DNA of 64,000 nt, taken from an uncultured virus (IMG/VR IMGVR_UViG_3300005294_000013). Taxonomy: Duplodnaviria > Heunggongvirae > Uroviricota > Caudoviricetes. Within the stretch, counting starts at the first letter, position 1. Each line of letters begins with the position of its first letter. A program made the position numbers and the translations under genes. Positions 38,284-48,700 of the stretch are shown here, in pieces. The stretch lies in the IMG/VR virus record IMGVR_UViG_3300005294_000013. One strand, written 5' to 3'. The notes beneath the pieces were generated by a model. That model worked only from the letters and a program-made list of their open reading frames with translations. It searched no databases and had not been told where the DNA came from.

Positions 38284-39305
38284 CCCCGAAAGCACCGGAT
38301 TATACCGCGGTAGCCGCAGCAGACTCGAAGGCTGCTCAACTGCAATTTGATCTAGGACAAGAACAGCTCGACTGGGCTAAAGACCAATATGCCCGCTACG
38401 ACCCTTATGTTACTGAGTATCTTGACGCGCAGACGCAGACTACTAGAGAAGCCCAGAACATAGCGCGTCAACAGGAGGGTATGTACCTAGAAACATATGC
38501 CCCGGTAGAGCAGAAATTTGTAAACCAGGCACTTGACTGGAACAGCCCCGAGCGGGCGGCGCAACAATCTGCGATGGCGCGAGCGGATGCCGCCTCGACG
38601 ATCGACGCACAGCGGCAGTCCGCGCTGACCAATCTTCAGAGCTACGGCATCGATCCCTCTACGACACGCTACGGCGCGCTGGACGCTGGCTACCGCATAT
38701 CTAAGGCGGCGGCCGAGGCGGCGGCGGGGACGCAGGCGCGCAACGAGCTGGCGCAGCAGGAACTGGCGCTAGAGGGCTCGGCGATCGCCACCGGCCGCGG
38801 ATTTGGACCGCAGACGGCGCAGTTCTACCAGACCTCGACCCAGGCCGGCTCGGCCGGGACTAGGGCGGCCGATACTCACTTCGCTACCGGTGCCGGCGCG
38901 ATGGGTTCCCCCACCTCTTATTTTGGTGGCGGCAACACCGCACTGGGCAACCAGGCTAGTGCGATGAACATGGGATACAACAACGCCCTCGGCGGCGCGC
39001 AGCTCAACGCTGATGTAGCGTCGAAGCAATCTCAGGGTATCGGCAACCTTGCCGGTAAACTTATCGGCACCGCGCTGCCGTTCGCCCTGTCCGATCGGCG
39101 GGTGAAACGGAACATCGCTCCCCTCGGCTATCTCGGAAGGTTGATGGTCTATACGTATAATTACGTATGGGACATTTTGAGCGCAGAACCCCGCTACGGG
39201 TTTATGGCCGACGAGGTACGCGTCATAGCGCCGGAGGCGGTGGCGCGGATCGAGGGTTACGATTTCGTCCGCTATCCTCTGGCAGTCGCAGCGGCGATGA
39301 GGTGA
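38265..39305 (+). CDS. Internal virion (ejection/pilot) protein with C-terminal S74-like domain
   Basis: PKAPDY N-terminus, Ala/Gly/Gln-rich body, SDRRVKRNI...YTYNY...GFMADEV. Confidence 0.75.
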   Translation: MGSKNVAPKAPDYTAVAAADSKAAQLQFDLGQEQLDWAKDQYARYDPYVTEYLDAQTQTTREAQNIARQQEGMYLETYAPVEQKFVNQALDWNSPERAAQQSAMARADAASTIDAQRQSALTNLQSYGIDPSTTRYGALDAGYRISKAAAEAAAGTQARNELAQQELALEGSAIATGRGFGPQTAQFYQTSTQAGSAGTRAADTHFATGAGAMGSPTSYFGGGNTALGNQASAMNMGYNNALGGAQLNADVASKQSQGIGNLAGKLIGTALPFALSDRRVKRNIAPLGYLGRLMVYTYNYVWDILSAEPRYGFMADEVRVIAPEAVARIEGYDFVRYPLAVAAAMR

Positions 39306-39308
39306 ACC

Positions 39309-40238
39309 ATGTTTATGGTCGGATCATTTGCTGCTGGTTTGAGCGAGGGGCTCGAGAGCGGGTGGAAGCTCGGTAAGGACATTCAAGACCGAGGCTACGA
39401 GGAAGAGCGACGACGCGCGCAGAAGAAAGCTAACGCTGAGAAAGCAGATACGACACTACCAGCGCTTAAGGGTATAGCGGCGGAAGCGCCGAGCCCGACG
39501 GAAGCTCCGCCTATGCTTACCGGCAGTACCAACCTGACCGCAGATGGATACGATCCCAACCAAACATACGAACCGGCAAAAACAACTAACGGGCGGGTGG
39601 CGACGGGTGCTAAACCGGCGCTGACACCACCTTGGCAATCTGGGATTGTCGACGAAAAAGTGCCGGACAATTACAAGCCGGCGGCGCAGCCGGCTGCGGC
39701 GGTATCCCCCGCTACGGGGCCGGTGGTAGCGACCGCGGCGATCCCGCCACCGTTAAGTAGAAGTGAAACGATGGAGACGCCGGATCAGTTCGTGGCGCCG
39801 CCTCCTGGCACTACTTACGCTGCACCTACACCGTCCTGGGACCCGGCGCAATATATCGCCCCCTATGTACCGCAGCAGGGCCTCGGCGCGGCGGCTAGCA
39901 ATGCCCTACGCCGGGCTCTCCCCGCCGCGCAGAACTGGATCGGTGCGCGGGTTGGCGAGTTTCGTAACGCCCCTCCGGTGCAAGCCCCGTGGTTCGCGCA
40001 GCCGGGAGGTGTTGACCGCGCAGTCAACCAAGGTATCTCAACGGTGCAGCAGGCTATTCCCAACCGTCTCCCCTCCGGCTCGGTGACGATGCCGCAAGTT
40101 GTTGGCGGCAACCAGGGTGTGGTTATTTCCGAGCCGGTGACGGGTGGGCCGCAGGTGACACAGGGGCCGCTGGAGTACAAACCTGACGACCGGCCGATGC
40201 ACTATGATCCCCGTACTGGTCAGTTGGTGCCATACTGA
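39309..40238 (+). CDS. Pro/Ala-rich putative internal virion protein
   Basis: GSFAAGLSEG N-terminus; between ejection genes. Confidence 0.6.
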   Translation: MFMVGSFAAGLSEGLESGWKLGKDIQDRGYEEERRRAQKKANAEKADTTLPALKGIAAEAPSPTEAPPMLTGSTNLTADGYDPNQTYEPAKTTNGRVATGAKPALTPPWQSGIVDEKVPDNYKPAAQPAAAVSPATGPVVATAAIPPPLSRSETMETPDQFVAPPPGTTYAAPTPSWDPAQYIAPYVPQQGLGAAASNALRRALPAAQNWIGARVGEFRNAPPVQAPWFAQPGGVDRAVNQGISTVQQAIPNRLPSGSVTMPQVVGGNQGVVISEPVTGGPQVTQGPLEYKPDDRPMHYDPRTGQLVPY

Positions 40239-42736
40239 TGTCAGAACTCCCTCCCTACATCCGCGACGTTGACCGGTCACCGCCGCCACCCCCTGAAGCG
40301 GTGGAGGGGCAGGCGGGTCGACCGGCAGTCTCCGTACAGGAAAGCGCACTGCCATTGTCGGGTGGTGGTGCCCCGCCTGTTAACTTCCCGCCGCCCGTAC
40401 AGACGCAGGCAGCTCCTGGTGCGGGTGGCGACTCGGCGTTGCCAGTACCGCCTGGACTTATTCCAGCCGATTTCACGGCGCCATCGCCGCGTCCGAATGA
40501 AGCACCGCCGCCGGTTACTCAGCTCGCGAGGGTTGTGCCGCGCCCCGACGAGAGAGGGCCGGGTGGTACGCCAATACCACCGGGGCGGTATACCGAGGAT
40601 AATTTTCCTTACCCGGTGCAGCAAGGGACGCTAACTCCACCCAAAGAAGCCGCCCTCACCATTACTGGTCCTGGCGGTGTTGCCACAACCCAGAGTCCCG
40701 AGCCGGCGAAGACTCAGGCAACACCGCCGCCGAAACAACCGGCGCCGGAAGATGCGCCGTTGGCGACGACCCCCGGCAGCGCCGCCTTGCCACAGCCCGA
40801 GGTGTCGTCGGCCCCGTTCAAGGGAACAATCCCGATGAACGGGTATAACTACCTCGCCAATAAGCAGCCGGAGGTGTTCAACACGATCGCATCTATCGCC
40901 CAAAAATTTAGTGTAACACCGGAGCGGTTAATCCAGCACGCTAGGATGGAAAGCGATTTAAATTTAAATGTTCCTGATGGTAGCAAAGGTGAGCAGGGAC
41001 CGTTTCAGATCGAACCTAAAACCCAAACGTATTTGCAAGATAAATACCTCGGCGGGCGGCAACTTGACCCTAAAACCTGGGAAGGTGGTGCCACCCTCGC
41101 TGCACTAAAAGTACGCGAGTGCGATCAGCGCGGCGCCGACAGCTATGCGTCTGTCGCTTGTTATAATGGCGGCGGCGATCCGTCAAAAGTTTATACTGCG
41201 GAGTATTTCAGTGACAAGAAATCAAAGGATTACTCCAAGTTGAATTTTGGCGATCTCGACAAGCCAGACCACGGCAGCACGATGACAGCTAACGGTGCAG
41301 TCAAGGCAGCTCGAGCCGGCCCCGATCAGTTTCAAAAATACATCGTCGACACTGCACCCCGTGGGCAGTCGATGAGCGACGCGTGGCAGCATGTTCAGGG
41401 TCTATTGTTGGAACACTTCGTCGCTAAGGGAGACATGGATGGCGCCGAGAAGGCACAGGATTTTGTGATGAGGCAAGCTTTTATGGGGTCGAACATGCAC
41501 CTCATGGGGGCGGCGGCGTCGTTGGAGCGCGGCGACGGGATGACTGCGGCGCAGCAACTTGCCAAAGCCCACGCGTTTTTCCCCGACGGCACCGCTGGGC
41601 GGTTTATGACCAATGGCCGGGAAGTGTTTGGCGTGCGCCTCGACGAGGCGACGGGTAAACCCCTGGGTAGTCCCTTCAAAATCACCGCGCAGGATGCCAG
41701 GGCGCAGTTGCAGGTTACCGGCAACCAGATGACGTTTGCCAAATTTCTCTCCGACCAGCAAAAAGCCGCCGCGGACATCCGCCTGCACAACGCCCAGGCT
41801 GGGTACCAGGAGCAGCGGCCGGCGATCGAGGCCGGGAAGGAATATGGTCGTAACGTCAGGGCTGCTGAAGGACGTGCTGCGGCAGAGGATCGTATTCGCC
41901 TATCGAACCAATATATCGATCGGCGACAGGCCGAGGCGAACGCCGCTGCCGAGGCGCGGGCGGCGCGGGAGAAAGACCCAGAGACGGCGAAGCAGCTCGA
42001 TGAGTTTCAGACTAAATATTCTGATCCAGCCGAGTGGCCAATCCATGCAAACTTTGCTGGGAAGCCCAACGAGGCTGAGTATACAAGACGACGCGCTACA
42101 TTGTTACGCAGCCTGAAAGCTAATTCACCGGGTATGAGTTTAGGACCAAAGGATGCTGCGTATATAGCTGATCAGATTCTTACCAACGCATATAAAATAG
42201 AGCCAACCCCTGGCGGGTTTGCTGTTCTCGATAAACAATCGGGGCAGCGGGTGCCAGGAATCCAAGGTATCGACATGACGACTGGGGAGCTGCTATCCGG
42301 CAAATATCACCCGGCACGCCGGCCGCAACAACAGCAGCAGGGTGCTGCACCGGGTGGTAGCGGTGCTGCGCTGGCGACCTACGCGACCGGCAACGCGGTG
42401 CCTGGCGGCAGGTCCAGCGTCACAGGCGTCGGTGCAGATATGACGCAGCGGGTGCAGGCTATGGTGCAGGCCATGCCGCCGGAAATCCGCCGCCGGTTTG
42501 AAATCATTTCAGGGTATCGCGACGCTGCCCGGCAGCGTGAGGTTAATCCTAGCGTTACTAATTCCCGACATATGCATGGCAAAGCCATCGACCTGGCGGG
42601 TGACCCAGAAGTTTTAGGCTGGATCAACGCTAACGGTCGACCTTTCGGTCTTGGTTTTCCGCTTAGTCGCGATCCAAAAGAACGCAACCACCTGGAGATG
42701 ATCGATCCGCGAACCGGCGCACGGGCATCGCTGTAA
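40238..42736 (+). CDS. Internal virion protein with lytic transglycosylase (SLT) and M15-like peptidase domains
   Basis: ARMES...GPFQI...CYNGG; ISGYRD...SRHMHGKAIDL...ERNHLE. Confidence 0.8.
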   Translation: MSELPPYIRDVDRSPPPPPEAVEGQAGRPAVSVQESALPLSGGGAPPVNFPPPVQTQAAPGAGGDSALPVPPGLIPADFTAPSPRPNEAPPPVTQLARVVPRPDERGPGGTPIPPGRYTEDNFPYPVQQGTLTPPKEAALTITGPGGVATTQSPEPAKTQATPPPKQPAPEDAPLATTPGSAALPQPEVSSAPFKGTIPMNGYNYLANKQPEVFNTIASIAQKFSVTPERLIQHARMESDLNLNVPDGSKGEQGPFQIEPKTQTYLQDKYLGGRQLDPKTWEGGATLAALKVRECDQRGADSYASVACYNGGGDPSKVYTAEYFSDKKSKDYSKLNFGDLDKPDHGSTMTANGAVKAARAGPDQFQKYIVDTAPRGQSMSDAWQHVQGLLLEHFVAKGDMDGAEKAQDFVMRQAFMGSNMHLMGAAASLERGDGMTAAQQLAKAHAFFPDGTAGRFMTNGREVFGVRLDEATGKPLGSPFKITAQDARAQLQVTGNQMTFAKFLSDQQKAAADIRLHNAQAGYQEQRPAIEAGKEYGRNVRAAEGRAAAEDRIRLSNQYIDRRQAEANAAAEARAAREKDPETAKQLDEFQTKYSDPAEWPIHANFAGKPNEAEYTRRRATLLRSLKANSPGMSLGPKDAAYIADQILTNAYKIEPTPGGFAVLDKQSGQRVPGIQGIDMTTGELLSGKYHPARRPQQQQQGAAPGGSGAALATYATGNAVPGGRSSVTGVGADMTQRVQAMVQAMPPEIRRRFEIISGYRDAARQREVNPSVTNSRHMHGKAIDLAGDPEVLGWINANGRPFGLGFPLSRDPKERNHLEMIDPRTGARASL

Positions 42737-45700
42737 TGGCCGACCCATACGACGACGAAGACGTTGATCAGCGCGAGCAGGCTGCCTACGACCAGGAAGA
42801 GGCGGCGGCACAGCAGCAACTTATGCAGCCGGTCCCCGGCGCCGACCAGACGTTTGACTTCAACGGGCAGCCGGTAACCCAGGCGATCCCGATCGTAGCC
42901 CCGGTAGCGCCACAACCGCAGCAACCACAGCAACCGCCGCAGTCCGCTCCGGCGGAAAGCTTCGATGTTACCTGGGACACGGCGCCGCAACAGCAACAGC
43001 CGGCGCCGCAACAGCAACAGCCGGCGCCGCGAGCACAACCACAACCACAACCACAACCGCAACAGCGCTCCGCGCCAGCTCTCACACCTTATCCGCAGGT
43101 TGCTGCCCGCGCTAATCGTCAGCAACGCGCCGAGCAGGCGGCCGAGGCTCGATTTGGTACGATTATTCCAAGCGAGGATACATACGACGTTGACCTAAAG
43201 ACACAGCCAACCGGCGGGTTGGCCTCGGTCGTTGGCCTCGATTTCTCGACGATGGGGCATCAAATCAGCAGCCTCGCCGGTATTGGGCTTAAACAACTCG
43301 GCGCCTCTACTGAGTATCTCGACCACTTCAATGAGCAGTGGCAGAAGTTTAACGAGGACTTAACGGCGTCGTTATCCCCAGACCGACAGGCGGCGGCTGG
43401 GGTTACGGTCACTGACCCTAAAAAGCTTCTCGAAGTTTTTAAAGAGCACCCTGGCGCAGTCCTTGAGTCGTACCTCGTTACCGGTGCGACGGCGATTGCT
43501 GGGGGTCTAGGCGCGGGTGCAGCGGCGAAGCTGGCGACGCGCACCGCAGCACGGCTCGCTGGGGTTGGTGCCGCGGGTGCGGCACGAGCCGGGCAGGCCG
43601 CTGGTGTTGTTGGTGCTGGGGTGCAGGGTGGTGCCGCGGGTGCCGGCGCCCGCTACGAAGACTATGCCCACACCATCGACAATATGACCCCGGAGGAAAA
43701 AGCCAACTCGGCGATGTACCAACGCTTCCAGAGCCAAGGCATGGATGATGCCGGGGTGCGGGAGCAGATGAAGCGGCAGTTCCCAACACTCCAGCAATTC
43801 GGCGCGAACTTCGCCGCCTCGGTTGGTCTGGCCGCAGTGACACCGGGGCTGCGCGGCCAGATGTGGCAGCGCCCAACGCGCGCCGGTAATATCGGCATTG
43901 GTGCGGTTGAGGCTGGCGTCCCTGGTGCGGTTGGTACCGGCGCCAGCGCGGCGATACAGGAGCAATCCAAGGTCGCGGCCGGTACCCAGCCGGCGATTAA
44001 CTGGGGCCAGGTCGGCGTCGAGGCGGCAATAGGTGGTGGGGCTGGCGGGATTTTTGGTGCCGGCACCGGGGCGTTCCGTGCCGGCCGCCCGCGCGAGGCA
44101 CCGCCGCCTGAGCCGGTCGGCCCGGCGCGCGTCGACAATGTAACACCCGGCGGGGTACCGCCTGAGCACACGGCGGCGCTCAACGCTGCGGGTATCGGTC
44201 GTCCACCAGAGGGACGGGTTGATTTGGCGCAGTCGCCACTATTACTGACTAACCCCGCTGAGCGTCCGCCGGCACCTTCTGCCGGGCCGGGCGGCACCCC
44301 CCTGTCGGGAGATCCGGCGCGGCTACGTCCCGACCCGCTGACCCAGGGGCCGCCAGCCCGCTATGCTGGTGGAGAAGGTATCGGCGGCACAGCACTGCCG
44401 CCGGAGCCAGGGTTAGCAGCACCCCTTCGACCACAATTAGCGTTGCCGCCGCCCGAGCGTCAACTTCTGCTACCGCCGCCTGAAGGAGTACGTGGACCCG
44501 GCGGTCCTGGCGACTTCACGATGGGACAGGCACCAGTGCAGCCTGCCCCGATGCGGTCGCCCGGTGGTGCGCCGCTAGGACCAGAGCCGACGCCTGCATC
44601 TTTTGTGCGTCCGCAACCGGTCGGGCCAGGAGGCATACCGCTGCGGCCAGAGCCCGGTCTGGCGCAGGCTCTGCCGACGCGTCCGCTGGCCGCCGCAGCG
44701 GGGCCGGGTGGCGCGCCTCTACCAGCAGAGCCTTACCGAGCGGCACCCATACAACGTGGTGCGCCGCCACCAGGCGCCGGTCCCGGCGGTACGCCGCTGG
44801 GGCCGGAGCCGTACCCCTCGGCACCGGTACGTCCACCGTCTCCCATGGGCGCTGGGCCGGGGGGTACACCTCTACCCGGCGAGATTGCCCCCGCAGCGAC
44901 GGCGCGAGCCGCAGCCGTGGGGCCAGGTGGAGCACCATTGCGGCCGGAGCCAACACCGGCACCAGCTCCACCCCGTCCAGCGCCTATCCCGGCAGGACCG
45001 GGTGGCGCACCCCTGCCGGCGGAGCCGGTACGCCGGGTTCCCCGGCGCGTGCAGCTTCCAGGGGAGAGCCCTGGCGGCACCCCGTTGCCGGAGCAGCAAC
45101 AGCGCGCGGCTGCCCCCCGCCGGCTCGAGCAAGCGGTACGGGGTGAAGGATTTACCACCCAGCCAGGGCGCGTCGAGCGGCGCCCCAGCGAGGGATTAAG
45201 CCACGAGGAACTAGGCCAGCGCCTCGCAGACCTGGGGGTGTCGCAGAAGGTACGCGAGCGGCTGGTTAGCCGCACGGCACGGGCGGCAGCGCTCGATCAG
45301 ATAGAAGAGATGCGAGCCCGCGGGAGGGAAGAGCCAGCGCCGGCTCCTCGTGGGGCTGAAGCACGGGAGCCGGCACCGGCCGCTCGCCCGAGCGAGGGCA
45401 TGAGCCACAAGCAACTGGGCGAAGCACTCGAAAAACTTGGGCTTTCTAAGAAGGAAGTCAACCAGTTCGTTAATAAAGTGCAGCGCGCTGCCGCGTATGA
45501 CCGGCTGGTGCGGCAGGAAGCGGAGGCGATCGAGCGGGTTTCTGGGACTAGAAAAGGCGAAGGAGAACAACCCACCACCATCCGCACCGTTATGGAGGCG
45601 GGGCCTGACGAAACCAAGGGGCATCCCGCAGGTGAGCGCGAGGATGCTGCGTGGCGTAAGCTGAAGCCCGAGCGCACGGTTAGCGGCAGCTACAAAGGCG

Positions 45701-48700
45701 CGCCGGAGTGGGTAACGAAGCCTCGGCACCTGAAGCAGCTTCGCAACTTGATGAAGCAACTGATTAAAGAAGGAGAGAAAGGCCGGTACTGGTACGAAGA
45801 CAGTATGAAGAAAATCATGCAGGTAACTCGCGGGAATCTGCGTGAAGCGGAGCGGGTGACTGGGCTTATCGCGATCTACTCGCCGCAGCGCCCAGTGCCT
45901 ACCAATACAGGTTTCGCCGTTAAAGCTTACGGGCAGTGGCGCCGGGGCGAGCCCATCCGCGTTGGCAGCGAAGCGCAGGATCTTAAGGCGAAGCAGTGGC
46001 TTGATAGCGGCCAGGACTGGGGTGGGCGCAAGACCAATAATTTCTACCTCAACTTGATGCACGAGCTGATCACGGCCCACCCCGAGGTGCTAGAGCCTGG
46101 TAATAACCGGCTCAACCTGCCACCCGACGTTACCGCGGCGATCAAAGGTGCGACAGTCGATCTGTGGGTGCTACGCGCTCTAGGTCACCGAGTAGATTCT
46201 GCTGGCGGTGTTACCGCGACAGGCAGTGCTGCCACTAAGTATGGGTTCTCTGAGCTTGAGATTAAGCGCCTTGCCGGGGAACTTAACGCGAGTGTGCCAG
46301 TGGGCGAGCAGCGCTGGCTGCCGCACCAAGTCCAGGCCGCGCTGTGGAGTGCGATCAAGGCCAGGTTTGAACTGAAGTCCGTTAAGGCTGCTACCTGGGC
46401 GGAGAGCGAAGCCGCTGGCTTCGCCAAGCGGAACCCGGAAACTGGTAAGCTTGAGGCGCCGTCGAAGAATGGCCCTGAACGCCAGGGGCATATGGCAATT
46501 TGGCGCAAACACGCGCTGGCGGCCGATCCCGCGGATGTGGCACGCGTCATCGATATCGCTCGTGGCGATTTTGGTGCTGCCCTCGAGCGTATGGCGCAGC
46601 ATATCACCGTCGAGGCAATCCCCTCGAAAGACCTAAACCATCCGGTGTTTAACGCAAGCCGTGAAGCTCGCGACCAGTTTACTCGTGAGGCGTTTGACCT
46701 CATAACCGATGAAGACGGTAACGATTTAGTCGCTCAGAAGCTCGGCGTTGATCTGGGGTATCGAACCCCTGGGTCCGGCAGCTATGAGGGTAGGGTCAAT
46801 CCCAACGTCGTTACCACGCTGATACCTGAGAAACCGGCGGGCTTCTTCGATGCGGTAAAAGCGCGGCAGTACGCTCGTGCGGTTCAGTACATTTTCAGAC
46901 AAGACGCGGTGCCGATATTCCGCGCAGACCAGGCGCATAAATTTGGGCCGGATTTCTATCTGGTCGATAAGGACGGTAACAGGGTTGTCGACGACAAAGG
47001 GCGTCCCCTTAACCGGTTCCGTACCCAGGAAGACGCGCAGGCGGCTGCCGACCAGCGCACCGCCGCGGGGGAACTGACGACTATCAGGGGCGACAAAATA
47101 GCGCACGGTGCGCGGTTGGTATTTAAAGACGCTTTTGACGAAGCAAGCGAGCAGCGACTACTTACCGCCCTTGGTAGGGAACTTGGCGATGATGCCGGCT
47201 TTACTAAGATAGGTGATAATGAAGCAGTAGTTGTCAACTTTCGTGGTGACGACGGGTTACCGTTTATCGCTAAAGATCGTGACTTTCGTGCCGCAGTTGA
47301 TCGGATCGTTGCAGATACCGATATAGGGGTGGATCATGTAACGCATTTTGCGTTGGAGGGTGAATATGGCCCAGTCCAAGACTGGAAGGGAGGATCTGCT
47401 CCCGCACGAGGCTTGGCCGCCGACGCCGGCGGATCACCCGATTTTCAACGGTACCTTCAGGATCGGCATGCGGCGTTCGGGAAGCTCCTCGACGACTGGA
47501 GCGACCCCGAGGCCCGCCTCGCCGCCTCCCAACCCCGAGACGGAGGAGGAGTCGGACCTAGCGGGCGGTCTACCCTAGAACTACCGCAAGCCCGCGCGCC
47601 GCCCGACCAGAGGGCGGCGCGGGAACGTGCCGCCGAGAGGCGCGCCGCTGGGGTTGAAGCAACCCCTGAAGATCTACCACCGCCGCGCGAGGATCGCCCC
47701 CTAGACGCCTCGCGCGCTCAGCGCGACCAGCCCACCGCCGAGAGCCCGCTGTCGCGGGTAATGAAAGACCCCAGGGTTAACGACCCGGTGCGCGCTGCCA
47801 TCGATGCAGGCGGCAGTCTGCACGATGGGCTGCGGGCGATCGCCAACGACCCCTATACCAACCGGCGCCTGCCGCACGTCGCGGCCTATGCGCGCACTAT
47901 GCTCCGCCTCGCACCGGATTTGGAGCTACGCCCGTCGGAGACAGTGCGGCGCGGCGCCTTTGTGTCGGACTTAGATCTCACGACAGGGCGGCGCGCCGAG
48001 CACATCCAGGTCCGCGAGAAGTCGGCGGAGGTGCTGCTACACGAGGCGACGCATTCAGTTGCCGGACACTACATCGACAGTCTGCAACCCGGCTCGCGTG
48101 AGTTTCAGGTGCTCACCACGATCCGCGACGAGTTTAGGCGCGGCGCCGAGGCGCATGGCCGGCTGGGCGACGAGCAGGTTGCCTACGCGCTGAGTAACCC
48201 GCACGAGCTGCACTCGATGCTCCGCACCAACCCGGAGATGCACGATTTGATGCGGGGCATCGTGCCCACCGCTGAGTACCGCGCCCGCATGGCGCAGCTA
48301 GGCTACCCCGTCGGCCCGGCTAAGTCCCTCTGGCAGTCCTTCGTCCGCTTCATCCGGCAAGCCCTGAAATTGCCGCAGAACGTGACCAGCTTGATGGATC
48401 ACGTCATGCGCCCACTCGACGACATAGCCGAGGCCGGCGCCCGGTATAACCGTGACCTACCAGCTCCGACACGCGACAGCGTGGTCTACCGGCGGGGCTG
48501 GGAGCAGGAACCCCTCGTCGCCAGGACCGAGCGCGAGTTGCCGACCTTCAGCCAGGTTCGTGACTCCGTCAACGAGTGGCGTGAGGGGCGCGCCGGGAAC
48601 GTCTCCTCCGGTTTCCGCCGAGGTGTGCGCCAGGGCATGCCGACGGAGCAGCTCACCGGGTTTAACCGGCATTTGTTCCAGCCGTCGACCGGTGGGGAGA

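Noticed and set aside
42980..43062. CAACAG/CAACCA short tandem repeats as a phase-variation switch
   Set aside because: Unit lengths are multiples of 3 and only encode a Gln/Pro linker.
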